Below are positions 51,445 through 64,000 of a stretch of 64,000 nt of DNA, one piece after another. The DNA is from Octopus bimaculoides (lineage: Eukaryota): positions 33,715,195 to 33,779,194 of the forward strand of contig NC_068985.1 of assembly GCF_001194135.2 (NCBI RefSeq), in the 5' to 3' direction. The notes under the pieces were generated by a model. That model was not told the DNA's origin, ran no database searches, and worked only from the letters and a program-made list of their open reading frames with translations. How positions within the stretch are numbered: the first letter of the stretch is position 1; every line of letters begins with the position of its first letter. Made by a program: the position numbers and the translations under genes.

Positions 51445-51730
51445 TCATGTCTGAGTTCCAATACCACCGAGGTCAACTTTGTTGGTTGCCCTTTCAGGGT
51501 CAATTAAAGTACCTGTCAAGTACTGGGTCAATCAGGGCCAGCTCAAGGTACCGGCAACTCGGGCAGTCGCCCGGGGCATCAAGGAGGGTGACAAAAACAA
51601 AAATAATACTTGTAAGGATGCCGAAGTTCTGCTTTCCCTGGGCGCCAGCAATCCTAGGGCCAGCCCTGGTGTCAATGTAATGACCTAGCACCACCCACTA
51701 AAAAATTCTCAGCCTTGTGCCAAAACTTGA
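51445..51730 (+). mobile_element. Family A SINE interrupted by a hAT MITE
   Basis: GAGTTCCAATACCACCGAGGTCAACTTTG...AAAGTACCTGTCAAGTACTG[insert]...GCCTTGTGCCAAAACTTGAAA. Confidence 0.7.
51533..51668. mobile_element. 136-bp hAT MITE
   Basis: TIRs CAGGGCCAGCTCAAGG / CCTAGGGCCAGCCCTG. 8-bp TSD GGGTCAAT (51525-51532) and GTGTCAAT (51669-51676). Confidence 0.85.
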
Positions 51731-53464
51731 AAAGTTTGTTTTTTTTCCAGGCCAACCAAAGCCTTGTGAGTGGGCTTGGTTGATGGAAATGGTAAGTAGC
51801 AGCCATATGTATATGTGTGGCTTTTAAGCTAGTAAGAAAATATATCTATACCACAAGATGATGTGCTTTGGTTTAACAATTGTGTCACAGCATTTTATTT
51901 TTCATAAAACACAGTAAAATATTTTTGTGATCTAACCATTCTATGGCAACTATTCCTAGATATGAGTTACTTTTACACCACTCAGTCAGTAAATACTTTT
52001 TTGATTACTTTTTGGAGCTAAGTACTTTTATCTTTGTTGCTATTATTTTTATTTAAACACAAGTCAGCTATAATCAAAAGAGATACCTGTGATCAATAGT
52101 GCTCCATTTGTGACCGTTCCATCTTATTTTCAGACTACTCTATCCAGTGTGTTCTCTCCTTCTTTAAAATAGTAGGGTGTGATTTGAGGGAAAGTTTGCT
52201 GGTATTTCCAGCAAGTCAAGCACCTACTTAGAGCCTCCCACATTGGTACAGGCTTCTTAACAAAGTAGCTGGTCCTTAAAGGTTAGTTTTAATATATCTT
52301 CAGCATTGTAAAGTATATAATTGGAAGTAGTAGGAAGAAGTTCATTATATAGTCAGACATGTATTAAATGAATGACAGATTCTTGTTTGATTGCATATAT
52401 TACAATAGCGAAGATTGTCTGGTCTTTTTTCAAAATACAAGATTTCATTATAGTCTCTTTGGTAAAATATATTGTTCAACTTGTCTCAATTTATCTTACA
52501 GTTATAACTTTATGGTAAAACAACTGGACACATAATTCAGTGAGTTAGATGTTCTTTTGTAAAATAATAATATTAGATTTTTAAACACTATTCTGTCTAC
52601 TATAGAAGCAGAAAGGGGAAAACACCTAAAGAAAACTACTTAAAAAGAGATATATAATCTTGTAAAACAAAAATTTACCCCCAGTTCGATTCAGGTATGT
52701 GATGTTAATAAGTAACAAAAATAGCGAAATATTGATATCTATCACTCCTGAATGGGATTAAGGGTGAGTTGTCTTGCCTGGCTATGACTTGCAGTGTCTC
52801 AATAGCCAGCACTTTGAGGGTGTCATCCCCATTACACTAAGCTGCAATGTACCAGCAAACAAGCAAAATCCATACATTGAGTATGTGTGGTTGATAATGT
52901 TTTCAATACTAGTGCCGCTTCTAATTCATATTTGAATTTAATTTTATGTATGCATTGTCATAGTAAACCAGCAAATGGTTTTACACTATTTATATATAGT
53001 CATAGGCTGGTGATTCAGCTCAGCCCCAGTTCGAAATCATTTATGTCACTAGATTCCATTCAGACAAACATGTGCATAAGTTTGGAAGGAAAAAACTTTC
53101 ATTTGGCTAGCCATGTATAGTTAATGTGAGGGAGGAATAGGTCACATCTTTTAGTATACAGATTCATAGGCTTCTATTTCATTGCTTGAGATAACGAAAT
53201 AATCCCTAAAGTGTACTGATTTGACTCATTAGAACCAGTATTAATCATGATTCTAGTCAACTCTGAATACATTGCTAGTAATATATATTTTACAGAATAT
53301 TTTAAAATTAACAAATAATAATGGAATTTTTTTTATAAAATTGAGTCAGGGACCAGGTTAAACATCACATATGCTGAATCTGGCCTGTGGCATATATGTT
53401 TGATAGCTTGGAACTAAAAGCATATTTTTATACTAAAAATATTCTCCCTCAATTTTTTTGTCAG

Positions 53465-53565
53465 GATGATGAAAATCCCACAAAAGCACTGGCATTTTGG
53501 TGGGTTGATGACAATGGTCAAGAGATTAAATGGACATTTAAAGACTTGATAAAACTAACAAACAA
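53465..53565 (+). CDS. ACSM3: ACSM-family acyl-CoA synthetase, coding exon 2
   Basis: Acceptor TTTTTTTGTCAG| and donor AA|GTAAGT. Encodes DDENPTKALAFWWVDDNGQEIKWTFKDLIKLTN (AFWWxxxxGxExxWxF motif). 101 nt, phase 0 to 2. Confidence 0.9.
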
Positions 53566-54305
53566 GTAAGTTTTTCCTAATTCACTGTTTTGTATATTTT
53601 TTCGTTTTTACGTATATATATTGTATTTCTATTATTGTTGTAGTCTAGAAATTTAATGTTGTTAGTAGTTTATAATTTTTTTATGCTGCTCATACAGGTG
53701 AAATTCCATTATAATGAATCCTAACAGATTATTTAGTATAATATATTTTTTCAATCCCTTGCCACTATCCTTTTAAAAGGGTTTTATCTCATTCAAATTC
53801 ATGATAGTAAATATTTCCATACAAAACAAACCTGTTGTAACCAAAATTCCTCCTATCAACAATAAAAAAAAAAAGAATTTTTAAATATACATTTAAAGTC
53901 AGATATATTATCCAGTTCTTGGTCGAAAAAAGACACAGTAGAACCGTTAAGAGAACTACCAGTTACTAAGTGTCAAATGGATGGACTACATGTGGTCAAA
54001 TTGACCAGCTGGAAAGTAATCTGTCATATACTATACTTATTATTTTAAAATTTCACTTCACATTGTTTTCTCGTTTTAATTTTGGTTCATATTGTCTTTT
54101 GAAAAAAGACATAATCAATCATAGTTTGAATGCTTTCAACCTTACAAATGTGAGAAGAAACCATAGATAACAATGTGATAAGCACAACTGAAAAATTTGA
54201 AAGAAAAACCCTCTGCCCCTTGGAGTGCTTTTCATTCTTAGTTTGTTTTTTTTTTTTTTTCAAGAACATATTGTTCATATGTACCACTAAATGTCTGCTT
54301 TTGTG

Positions 54306-55092
54306 TTGGAGATATGCTGTGCTTGAGAAGACCTAACAAGCCATGTGAGACCATAGTCAATGACCTATGCCAGTGGGTGTAACCAGCCCACTTATGAATA
54401 CCCCTCATTCAGTGGACAATAAACTTTGCTTGCGAAGACCTATTGAAGCAAGTGAAATCAAAATCGCTGATGTGGCCGATGACAGTACCACCTGGTTGGC
54501 ACTCATGCCAGTGAAACATTAAAAGCACATATGAACGTGGGGTTTAACCGGCCCACTTATGAGTACCCCTCATTCATTGGACAATGAACTTTGCTTGCGA
54601 AGACCTATTGAGGCAAGTGTAAATAAATCAAAATTGCTGATGTGGCCGATGACAGTGGAATGTTAAAAGCACATCCAAGCATGATCATTGCCAGGGCCAC
54701 AGATTGGCTTCTGTGCTGGTGATATGTGGAAAGCACCATTCAAGCGTGATCGTTACCAGTGTCGCCTTACCGGCACATGTGCCGGTGGCACGTGAAAAAC
54801 ATTCGAGCATGGTCATTGGCAGTGCCACCTGACTGGCTTCCGTGCAGGTAGCACATAAAAACACCTTTGAGTGTGGCCATTGCCAGAACCGCCTAACTGG
54901 CCCTCATGCCAGTGGCACGTAAAAGCACCCACTACACTCTCGGAGTGGTTGGCATCAGGAAGGGCATCCAGCTGTAGAAACTCTGCCAGATCAGATTGAG
55001 CCTGGTGCAGCCTTTGGCTCACCAATCCTCAGTCAAACCGTCAAACCCATGCCAGCATGGAAAGTGGACGTTAAACGATGATGATGATGATG
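54306..55092 (+). mobile_element. RTE-clade LINE 3' end with internal duplication, in ACSM intron 2
   Basis: W.YAVLEKT ORF end. Duplicated CCCACTTATGA.TACCCCTCATTCA.TGGACAAT.AACTTTGCTTGCGAAGACC at about 54385 and 54551. (GAT)n tail. Confidence 0.85.
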
Positions 55093-58000
55093 TATCGAAT
55101 AATAATTAGTGTAATAAAAAAGCAATCAGTCAATCTAAATCAAATATAGTAAACTCATTAGTCGCAAAAAACTGAACAATTATCTAAATGTAAGTTCTAA
55201 TTTTTTATTTTATTTTAATGCACCTTACGGGTTGAATTGAATAACTACTTAAATCTTTTTAAATAAAGCAAAAAAACGTGTCAAAAAATAAGGTTATAGT
55301 GGGGGAATAAACAACTGACAAATATCTGTTTAGTCACTTGACAACACCTTACAACCAAACTGTTTGTCATTCAAAATGGCATGATGTCTCCTAAGCACGT
55401 CCATTGCATTAGACAGATGCAGTGTTACCAGAAGAAAAATTTCTGTTGTAACATGGAACACATTTTTTATATAATTTTACTTATGTCTAATGAGTCCTCA
55501 TTACCCCCAAGAATTTCATTTTTACCCCACTTGGGGTAATTTACCTCAGTTTGCTGACTCTTGAGGAAGAGGAATATGCAGCTAGCTCATTCAAAGAGGC
55601 AAAGGCTATTGTAGTAAAGGTAAAAGAAGTAGAGAGAAGAAATAGCACATCTGCAAGCTAGTGGGTGTAGCATGTCTGTGAATGAACTCTTGTCACTTGA
55701 TCGAATGATCGTTTTGATATGATTTAAAATGTTTCTTTGTATGTAGTAGTAACAGTACCATCCCAGATGCAGGAATAGTACTTCAATGTATGATATTTAG
55801 TTCAGTTTTGTAGAGCGTCAACAATCAAACAAGGCCGAGGTATTTTCTTGTCCTAAAGAGGAAGCTTAGTTTTTTTTTGACACAGTTTTGGTTAATGTAT
55901 GTAAGATCACCTTGAGAAAATTTTAGAGATTGTGATGACTAGCATTTGTTGTTGTGGTTTTAAAAGTTTTAACTGTGAAATGAGAGGAGATCCCTACTCA
56001 TCTATCTATCACTTGTCTAACTGCAATATTCTGTTGTTGAAATTAAATGCGAGCAGAACTATATATTTCATTGCCATCTTTTTCTGTAAAACTAATTATC
56101 TTTCTCACTGCCTGGAACCACATCACTTGACAACCATCCTTCTTTTTTTAACATTGTCCCTCTCCACTTACATTTTATGATGATTACTCCTCCATGCTAC
56201 CAAAGTATCTCTTCTCCCCTGTACCACTTCCTGTTCACTTGCCCCTATTACTATACATCTTTCACTCTCCCTGCACTTTATATCTGTCTCTTCCTTCACA
56301 CACTTACAATCTATCCACCCATACATCATCTCCCTTTTACACATCCTCCCCTTGTTCACTGTATTATCATTGTATTATTATTACTATTCTACTGCTCTTC
56401 ACTCCTCTCTGTCCTGCCAGTCATCACCTACTTCTTGAAATGGGAAACATTTCTATTTTTGTGATTTTGTAAGAGACAAGATTGGTATGTTTTCATTGAA
56501 ATATGTCTCTGTTCATGGAGGCAGTGCTGGTCTGAATTGAGGTATTTATGTCATATGTGTATGCCACCAGTATATGTCACAGAAGAGGAATGAAGAATGG
56601 TATCATCTATGTAAGAATATGTAATGTTTGAAGAGCTAGCAAGAAAATCAGTAATGTTTGGATGAAAGATTTTGAAAGACATACGTCAACTCTAGTATAC
56701 CCTAAAGCACAATCATTTATTTCTTAATATGTATGGATGATCCTTTCTAGCGAAACATCTCCTAAGCTTTACGATTTGAATCCAAAAATTAAAAAATTTT
56801 TAATTAAACTTTTCATTTATCATTTTGTTTGAATTATTGTAGCATCTGGGTAACTGGAAAAAGGAAGACATATTAGTTTTTTAAGTTATGTTTTTCTCCT
56901 AGAAACATTTATGGAGTAAAAATTTACATGAAATTAATCTGTTATACTTCATAATTTGATAAATTAAAGTTTTCCAGTAACCTTCTTGTTTAAATGATAA
57001 AGAATTTAATCAAGATTTTTCCCTCTTTCAATATTTCAAATTTCTTTGAACAGGAAAATGAGAAAAAGAGAAAGTTTAATTCTTAATATTTTAAAGCTTT
57101 TGTCAACTGACTGGAAGGCATATAAATTAAAAGAGCTGTTAAATTGCTTCTAATGATTCTGCCATTCATATTGAATTAATAGTTTTGTAAAGAATTTCAA
57201 TTTCAAAACATTTAAAGATTATGAAATTATAATATTAGCTGTTCAGTTGATACAAAGATTTCATATTGTGATAAAGGACTGCACATAATATTTAATGCAA
57301 ATAATCTGAAAGGGAAAATCAGGATAAGAGCCAGAAAATTAGTACATGAGTAATTGACTCTGACAACCAAAGGGTAGCTAGTTAAATTAAATCCTTTTAT
57401 TTGTGGAAATTCCACAAAAAACTTTAAAATTAATTCCCTTAAATAATTTGGACATTTTTCCATAAGAATAAGTATTTTATTTAATAACTAATTTAATAAC
57501 TAAATACAAAATTCCACTGATTTTATTTTCATGAAATGGAAACAATACTTTTTTGCTGGATTTTAACTATGGCAATAAGTGATGAAGTAGGAATTATGTC
57601 TAAACAGGGCCTCTAAGAGAGGTGTTCAGCTGGTACATCAGTCCAGAGCCAGAGTGTCAAGGAAGTATCTGATGGGCTTCTCCCTAAACATAATAAAACA
57701 GCCACCCAAGTCACAGTTCTCTTGAAATTTGAGCAGATTACACACACACACACACACACACTCTCTCTCTCAAATAATCCCAAGAGCATTGATGTTCCAC
57801 CTTTTGAAGTTTCTCATAGAGGTCCTATGCAAGAATATATTCTTTCATTTATTTTCAAAGTAAAGTTACCATTTCACACAAGAAAGACATCTTGATAAAG
57901 GTTATAATTATTATTGTCAATCTAGTGAAGCAGACTCTACGAAGTGACTAAAAGAGTCACAATGTGTAAATGGTTGGGAGCTCAGGATATGTATCTTATG

Positions 58001-60114
58001 TATTTTTGTTCTAGAATGATACAGCATTTTATGTAGTTAAAAAAGTATCTACTCCACCATCCATCCACCCCACCTACATACACTTTAGCTACTCTACAGA
58101 TTGCAAAGAAAAATATTGCACGAGAAGGAGAGTGTTCAACTCACTATAACACCAAAATAGCACTGATTTGAGAATGCTTGCCCATCAAAGCAAAACTGAT
58201 TCTGAAAGCATATGTACAAATCAAAGCCCAATTCATCCATCAAACTTTCCTCACCCCACCCACTCATTTGTTTATTATTAATCCCTCTATCGCTTATCTA
58301 ACTGCATATTCTGTTGCTGTAATTAAAAAAATGCAGAACTATATATTTCATCATCATTTTTTGTGATACCAGTTATCTTTCTTAATGCCTGGAACCACAT
58401 CACTTGACATCCATTCTCCTTTTACTCCTCTCTGTACTGCCAGTTATCACCCACTCTTCCCTACGCTCCCTCCATCTCATGTTTATCATCAACCACTCCT
58501 CATTCCTTTTTTACCTCCCACTGTATTCACCTTCTGCCTACCTCGTTTCTAATCATCCCTCACTCTCCCTATACACTCTTGCAACCTCTTCTCACATTTC
58601 CTGTTCTTCTGTCCCCTACTCACTTCTATCCACTTGGTACTCTGAGGGCTCACACTGACCCTTCATAACCACCATCTTTATCTTTGTTTCCAGTCCCACC
58701 CTAATTACTCTTATCCACTCTATAAGGAGAGTAGCTATGTATCTCTTCTACAAGCAATAAACTTGTTCCGGCCCACTTCTTTCATAATTTAATCTCTTAT
58801 CGCATAGCATAAAGCTGCCCACATCTCATCTGTAGTCAGAGTGTCACACATTTTTAATTTTAATAAATTCTTTCTCGTTAAATTAAAATATCTTTTTTAT
58901 AAATCATAGCAACATGTATAGGATGTAGAAACTGCATATAAATCAAAACTTGATTACACAGAGAAATTTTCAAATTGCCATCACAAATAAGTTCCTAATA
59001 CTGCATATATCTAATTTAATCTGAAAGAATTTAATTTATTTTTATTTAATCTTATTTTATACCTAGCTGTCCTTCAAAACACTGGGAAATACACTTTGAC
59101 CTACTTTTGGGTCAAGGACTCTCAGTTTCATCCTGAGACCTAAGGTTGAGTTGAGGTCAAACATGAAGTATTAGGAACTTATTTGTGATGGCAATTTTGT
59201 ATTCATGCTTGCATTTCTATCTTTAAGGGACCATATGAATGTGCTTTAGCTAGTGTTTCATCCTATTTTCATTCTATCCTAAACAAATCTAAATGGTTTT
59301 CCAATCTGACCTTGAAATTTGTCAAGCAACTATATAAAACTATACAGAAGTGGAAATTTCCTTCTAATGTAATCTTACATTGCTATACTAAATTTTTCCC
59401 CATACATTCAGCATTTAAGGGACAAATTTTATTTTTTCTACAACTACAAACATTTTTTCCTTACTAATCCTCCCTATGTTAGAGGGACTAGAACTTGATA
59501 TCTTCCTTGTTTCTGTATCTATTGATCTACTATTGATTACATTTTTGCTATTATCTGAGGGTTTCTATCCTATTATACCTTACAATTGCTATATCCAGTT
59601 TAGTTTCTGTAGGAATTGTGATAGTCATCTCTCCTCCACTGCCTGCCTCCATTCAGGTGCTCGTTTCCCTGCAACTGTATTTAATTGTAGTATTTAGGAT
59701 CCTTCAAGGCTGGCTATTTATTTCTCTGGCTCTAGGTTGCTACCATGAGGAGTACTGCTATTACTATTATTTCTGATAACTACTTTATTGCTATCTCCAG
59801 CACTCTGGAATTCAGATATTCTCCTAGTATTATGTATCACTATAATTTGTGTTAGGTTGTTGCTTGTAGAGAAGGCTAATCTGACATTGTATCTGTTAAA
59901 GATTTTATATTTGTTCGATTTAGGCAGTCATACCATTCTCCGTATTCATTGTAATTGTTTTGGATTTACACTCCCAAAAATATTCATAATCCAGTGAAGC
60001 GAACCCAGGATTTACCCATTGGATCAGCTACAGTGAGACTGCTCACCATAACTAATCCTAGATGCTCCTTACTACTTGATGCAGTTAGCCTGAACCCAGA
60101 CTATACCCAAGTAC

Positions 60115-60275
60115 TCATCCATTTTCCATGATGGCATGAGCTGGGTGGATTTACAGAAGTTGACCAGGCTCCATTTGTCTGTTTTGGCATGGTTTCTGTG
60201 ATAGGATGCCCTTCCTAGCACCAACCACTTTACAGAGTGTACTAGGTGCTTTCAAAGTGGCACTGGCATGGGTGC
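60115..60275 (-). mobile_element. RTE-type tail fragment
   Basis: GGATGCCCTTCCTAGCACCAACCACTTTACAGAGTGTACTAGGTGC. Confidence 0.65.
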
Positions 60276-60492
60276 TTATTTCTTTTGTAAGAAATACTTG
60301 ACGCAATCACAATATTTGAAGGCCGATGTTTTTTTTTAAATCTTACAAAAGAGAATGACTCGAAACTTTTGGATTGAAAATTCTGTAATATGAAAACTTC
60401 ATTCCAAAAGGTTCATGTCATTCTGTCTCTCTAAGATATTATTCAAAATAGTTAAAAACTTTTAAGACATTCTTTCCCCACATACGCACGCG

Positions 60493-60541
<49 letters not shown>

Positions 60542-60570
60542 AAAACTTAATTAATCTTTTATTTTTTTAG

Positions 60571-60683
60571 AGTGACCAATATTCTCCAGGTTTCATGTGA
60601 TCTTCAAAAAGGAGATTGTGTTATGATTATTCTTCCACGAATCCCAGAATGGTGGCTGCTAAATCTTGCAGCTTTTAAAGCAG
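60571..60683 (+). CDS. ACSM3: ACSM-family acyl-CoA synthetase, coding exon 3
   Basis: Acceptor ATTTTTTTAG| and donor CAG|GTAATC. Encodes (K)VTNILQVSCDLQKGDCVMIILPRIPEWWLLNLAAFKA(G), including the hallmark LPRIPEWW. 113 nt, phase 2 to 1, in phase with both neighbours. Confidence 0.95.
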
Positions 60684-60892
60684 GTAATCTTTGTTTTCTT
60701 ACAATGCATTTAACATTTTTTTAAATTTCTAACTGTGATTTGAACTCTTGTTGAGAATCTGATACTAAAAACAGAAATGATGATAAATTGTTTGTTTTAC
60801 TCAAAAGCATTCCATGACCATTTCTGTTTTAATGAGGAACTGAAGTTACTGATTACAAGTGTTTCATTATAACTGTGTGTATTTTGTATGCA

Positions 60893-60924
<32 letters not shown>

Positions 60925-61654
60925 CGCATGCATTGACATTTTATTTTTACTTGTTTCAGTCTTTGGACTGTGACCATACTGGAGCACTGCATTGAAGGGT
61001 TTAGTTAAGCAAATTGATCCTAGTACTTATTTTGCAAGTCTGATATATATATTCAACTACGGTAGTAGTTGAATAATATTCTTAGGGCCGCAATTTACTC
61101 ACATGTGGCATCTTTCAGAGCGTGTCACTAATTCGGTTCTTAACCAAATGGGAAACCATTAACATTTTTTAAGAGGACTGGTCCCTAGCTACAGTTTGAC
61201 ATTAAAAAATTGAGATTTGGTCCAGTAGAAAAAAGTTTACATCAAAATTTGAAGCGATGTTATAGGAGAGTAAGTCATTCCACCAACAAAGTTTAGATCT
61301 AAATAAGTTTTTTATTTTAAAAGCAAAATACATTTATCTTAGCTTCAATGATAGAAGAAAGCATGAAGAATTTCATAGTTTTGATCTCATGCAACAAAAG
61401 TTTGCATCAAAAAAGTTGTGAGGCAAAATATCACATAAAGATATAAGGCAAAAAATTGGATTTAAGTATAATTAACTTTATTATTTTAAAAACAAACTAT
61501 ATTTTAATTAAGCTTAAATGATAGAACTCAATTCAAGGAATTTCATGGTATCAATCTCATGCAATGAAGTTTTAAAAGGAAAAAGTTATGAGTGTTTGTT
61601 TCTCAAATTTGAGGGTGATAAAATAGTTTTATACTTTTTTATGAATATAGTTCG

Positions 61655-61985
61655 AGAACACCCGGCAAGCCAAGTGAGACTGTAACTGTGCCCTATGCCA
61701 GTGCAGCATAACCAGCTCATTTAAGAGTACCCTTCAATCATTGAACAATTAACTGAGCTTGCTTGAATGATGCCTTTTACATGCCACCGGCACAGGAGCC
61801 AGTCAGGCAGCACTGGCAATGACCACGCTCAAATGGTGCTTTTTACATACCACCGTCACAAGACCAGTCAGCTGGCACTGGCATCGACCATGCTCAAACG
61901 GTGCTTTTTACATGCCACCAGCACAGGAGCCAGTCAGGCGGCACTGGCAACGATCATGCTTAAATGATGCTTTTTACATGCCAAC
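61655..61985. mobile_element. Rearranged RTE 3' UTR with about 62-bp subrepeats
   Basis: Plus-oriented GAGAACACCCGGCAAGCCAAGTGAGAC joined to three opposite-orientation TGCCACC.GCACAGGAGCCAGTCAGGC.GCACTGGCAA units. Confidence 0.7.
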
Positions 61986-62359
61986 CCACCACTGTACTAT
62001 GAATGATATCATCAGATGTTAGGACATGTGTTTCTATGTTGTTTGGCCTCATCAACCACAGACACTGAATCCATTGTTCACAGCCCACAAGAAATCCTGT
62101 TCTTATATTTAAACAGCAACAATGCAGAAACATGGTCCAGTAGTATGTCTTTTATAGCCCAGAGGGATGTTTTTCACACTGATTGTCTATAAGGAGAATT
62201 TCTCTCCAGAGACAATTTCTACAGCAAAAATCTTCCCATGTTTGAGTGGTTTTTGTACATTGTGTTCTCTTTTATTCTACTATTCAGAAAGATAATAAAA
62301 AAAACATTTCATGTGTGACAAACTTAAATATCTGTATATGTATGTATCAGATCTGTGAC

Positions 62360-63060
62360 TGAGGTAGAGTTCTAGTTAGATGGAAGGTGACATGGTGATG
62401 AAATAGTAATGTAGATAGAGCCACAACACCTGAAAGACAGGCCTGGAAAGATTGGGGAAAAGGGTAGCAGACGGTTGTACCCTGTAGCTAGAAGAAAACT
62501 TAGACATCAAGTGAATTTAGCAAGGAAAGAAACAGAAACTAAGAAGTTTGCTAATGTTCTGAGGCATGAAATGTTTCCAGATTACAGGACTGTAAACAAG
62601 AGAGAATCAAGACATCATGGGATCAAAAGTGTATGTAGAATGATAATTTTAGTCTTTCTCTAACATTGAAAAGAAAGAGATATGGAGTGCTTTTAAGAGA
62701 ATGTTGAATGCAGAGAATACATAGAAGAGAGTCTTCCCAACACAGTCCAGTAGAAAGATTGTTCATTCAAATTGATAACTGTATGAGAAATAAAGCAGTT
62801 AAAGATAAAAAAGCAGAGAAAATACCTGATACCAACGAAATTACAGCTAAGATGCTTAAAATGTCTAGCAGAGTAGTGTACAGGCTAGTTACCAATGTAG
62901 TCAGTCAAGTATTACAGATAGGTGTCATACCAAATGCCAGGCATAGCAGCATCATTGTCAATTTCTACAAGGGTAAAGCTGATGCACTATACAGAAGATA
63001 TTACAGAAGTATAACATTGTTATGAAAAATGTGGAAAGAGTCATTCATTTGATTAGAAAG
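62360..63060 (+). mobile_element. Degenerate RTE-clade ORF2 fragment
   Basis: EITAKMLKM...GVIPN...SIIVNFYKGKADAL.RRYYRSITLL (the KGKGD..NYRGI.LL motif). Confidence 0.7.
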
Positions 63061-63239
63061 GGAATTAACCTAAGAGTTTGTGTGGGTTCTTAAACATTTT
63101 TTAGCTGTTACTTTATGCTGTGTTTCGTACACATGTTATGGGTACTCACATATACACACACATACACTATCTCATATCACGATTGCATTGATGTTCAGAC
63201 AATCATTATTAAAGTAAGTCCCCCTCTTTTCTTATGTAG

Positions 63240-63358
63240 GAACCATTACATGTCCTGGCACCATACAGCTACGAGCTGCTGACATCAAGTACCGACTACT
63301 TAATTCTGGAGCCAAATGCATTGTGGCCAGTGATGAAACACGCTCTGTTATAGATGAG
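63240..63358 (+). CDS. ACSM3: ACSM-family acyl-CoA synthetase, coding exon 4
   Basis: Acceptor CTTTTCTTATGTAG| and donor GAG|GTAACA. Encodes (G)TITCPGTIQLRAADIKYRLLNSGAKCIVASDETRSVIDE (PGTxQLxxxDIxYRL motif). 119 nt, phase 1 to 0. Confidence 0.95.
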
Positions 63359-63475
63359 GTAACAGTTTTGCAGCCATAATGTAGCACTCAACTAAACTCC
63401 ATAGTATAGAAACTGGAGTTGTACAATATACCACTCAAATATTTGTAGTTCTAACTATGTAATATATATATATAT

Positions 63476-63855
63476 ATATATGTATATAAAATTAACAGAA
63501 TGAGATAAAAATCCAAGGCTGTGAAAGATTTCAGAACATTTATAAAGAGAAGGTCTTACAGCTGTTTCCTGGATATTTTATATATCCCTTCATTGGAGAC
63601 AGTGTGAGAAAATGGTTAAGCAATAGTTATTCTAGAGAAGATATGAAATAGAGAGTGAAGTGAAGGAATGAAAACAGACGTGAGATTTGCAGGGATATTG
63701 TATCTGCAGATCCGTTACTTAAGCAGAATGGTATACAGATAAGTTTCCTGTACCTTGTGTGTAAGTTCCAATAGTATTCACACAAGTTACAGGAAACATA
63801 TATGTATACCATTCTGATTAAATAACGGATCTGCAGATACAATATCCCTGCATAT
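63476..63855 (-). mobile_element. Hammerhead-bearing element with a 5' fold-back, next to (TA)n, in ACSM intron 4
   Basis: Inverted arms 63687-63755 and 63779-63853. Hammerhead motif on the minus strand at 63602-63553. Confidence 0.65.
63553..63602 (-). ncRNA. Minimal type I hammerhead motif with palindromic stem III
   Basis: Minus strand: GTCT CCAATGA A GGGATAT ATAAA ATATCC AG GAAA CAGCTG TA AGAC. Stem I GTCT/AGAC; palindrome ACAGCTGT. Core CCAATGA is probably decayed CCGATGA. Confidence 0.6.
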
Positions 63856-63859
63856 CTTA

Positions 63860-63930
63860 GAAGACACTTGCCCAAGGTGCCACACAGTGGGATTGAACCC
63901 GGAACCATGTGGTTTGTAAGCAAGCTACTT
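63860..63930 (-). mobile_element. SINE family B head
   Basis: AGAAGACACTTGCCCAAGGTGCCACACAGTGGGATTGAACCCGGAACCATGTGG. Confidence 0.75.
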
Positions 63931-64000
63931 ATATATATATATATATGTATATGTATATGTATATATATGTATATGTATATATATGAATATGTATATATAT

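Overview
AT-rich, microsatellite-dense animal genomic DNA from a draft assembly with six N-gaps, most of them flanked by (TA)n. The repeat landscape suggests an octopus or other coleoid cephalopod; this is inference. The only well-supported host gene is the 5' part of a + strand mitochondrial medium-chain acyl-CoA synthetase (ACSM3-like), with four in-phase coding exons at 49835-50143, 53465-53565, 60571-60683 and 63240-63358; it continues past the window end. The rest is mostly decayed mobile DNA: CR1/L2-type, RTE, R4/Dong and HERO/NeSL-type LINE remnants, three Penelope-like (PLE) remnants, a mariner, hAT and piggyBac-type MITEs, and several tRNA-derived SINE families. The most interesting signal is a set of short non-coding elements with minimal type I hammerhead-ribozyme cores. 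Several are fold-back (inverted-arm) insertions next to simple repeats. One (7168-7600) joins a tRNA-like Pol III head to a hammerhead tail, so it is a candidate Penelope-mobilised SINE/retrozyme. Also notable are a six-copy head-to-tail SINE stack in (ATT)n tails and two Dong-like LINEs in (TAA)n. No database search or folding program was run. Repeat boundaries are approximate (tens of bp) unless a TSD or splice site is quoted, and novelty is untested.
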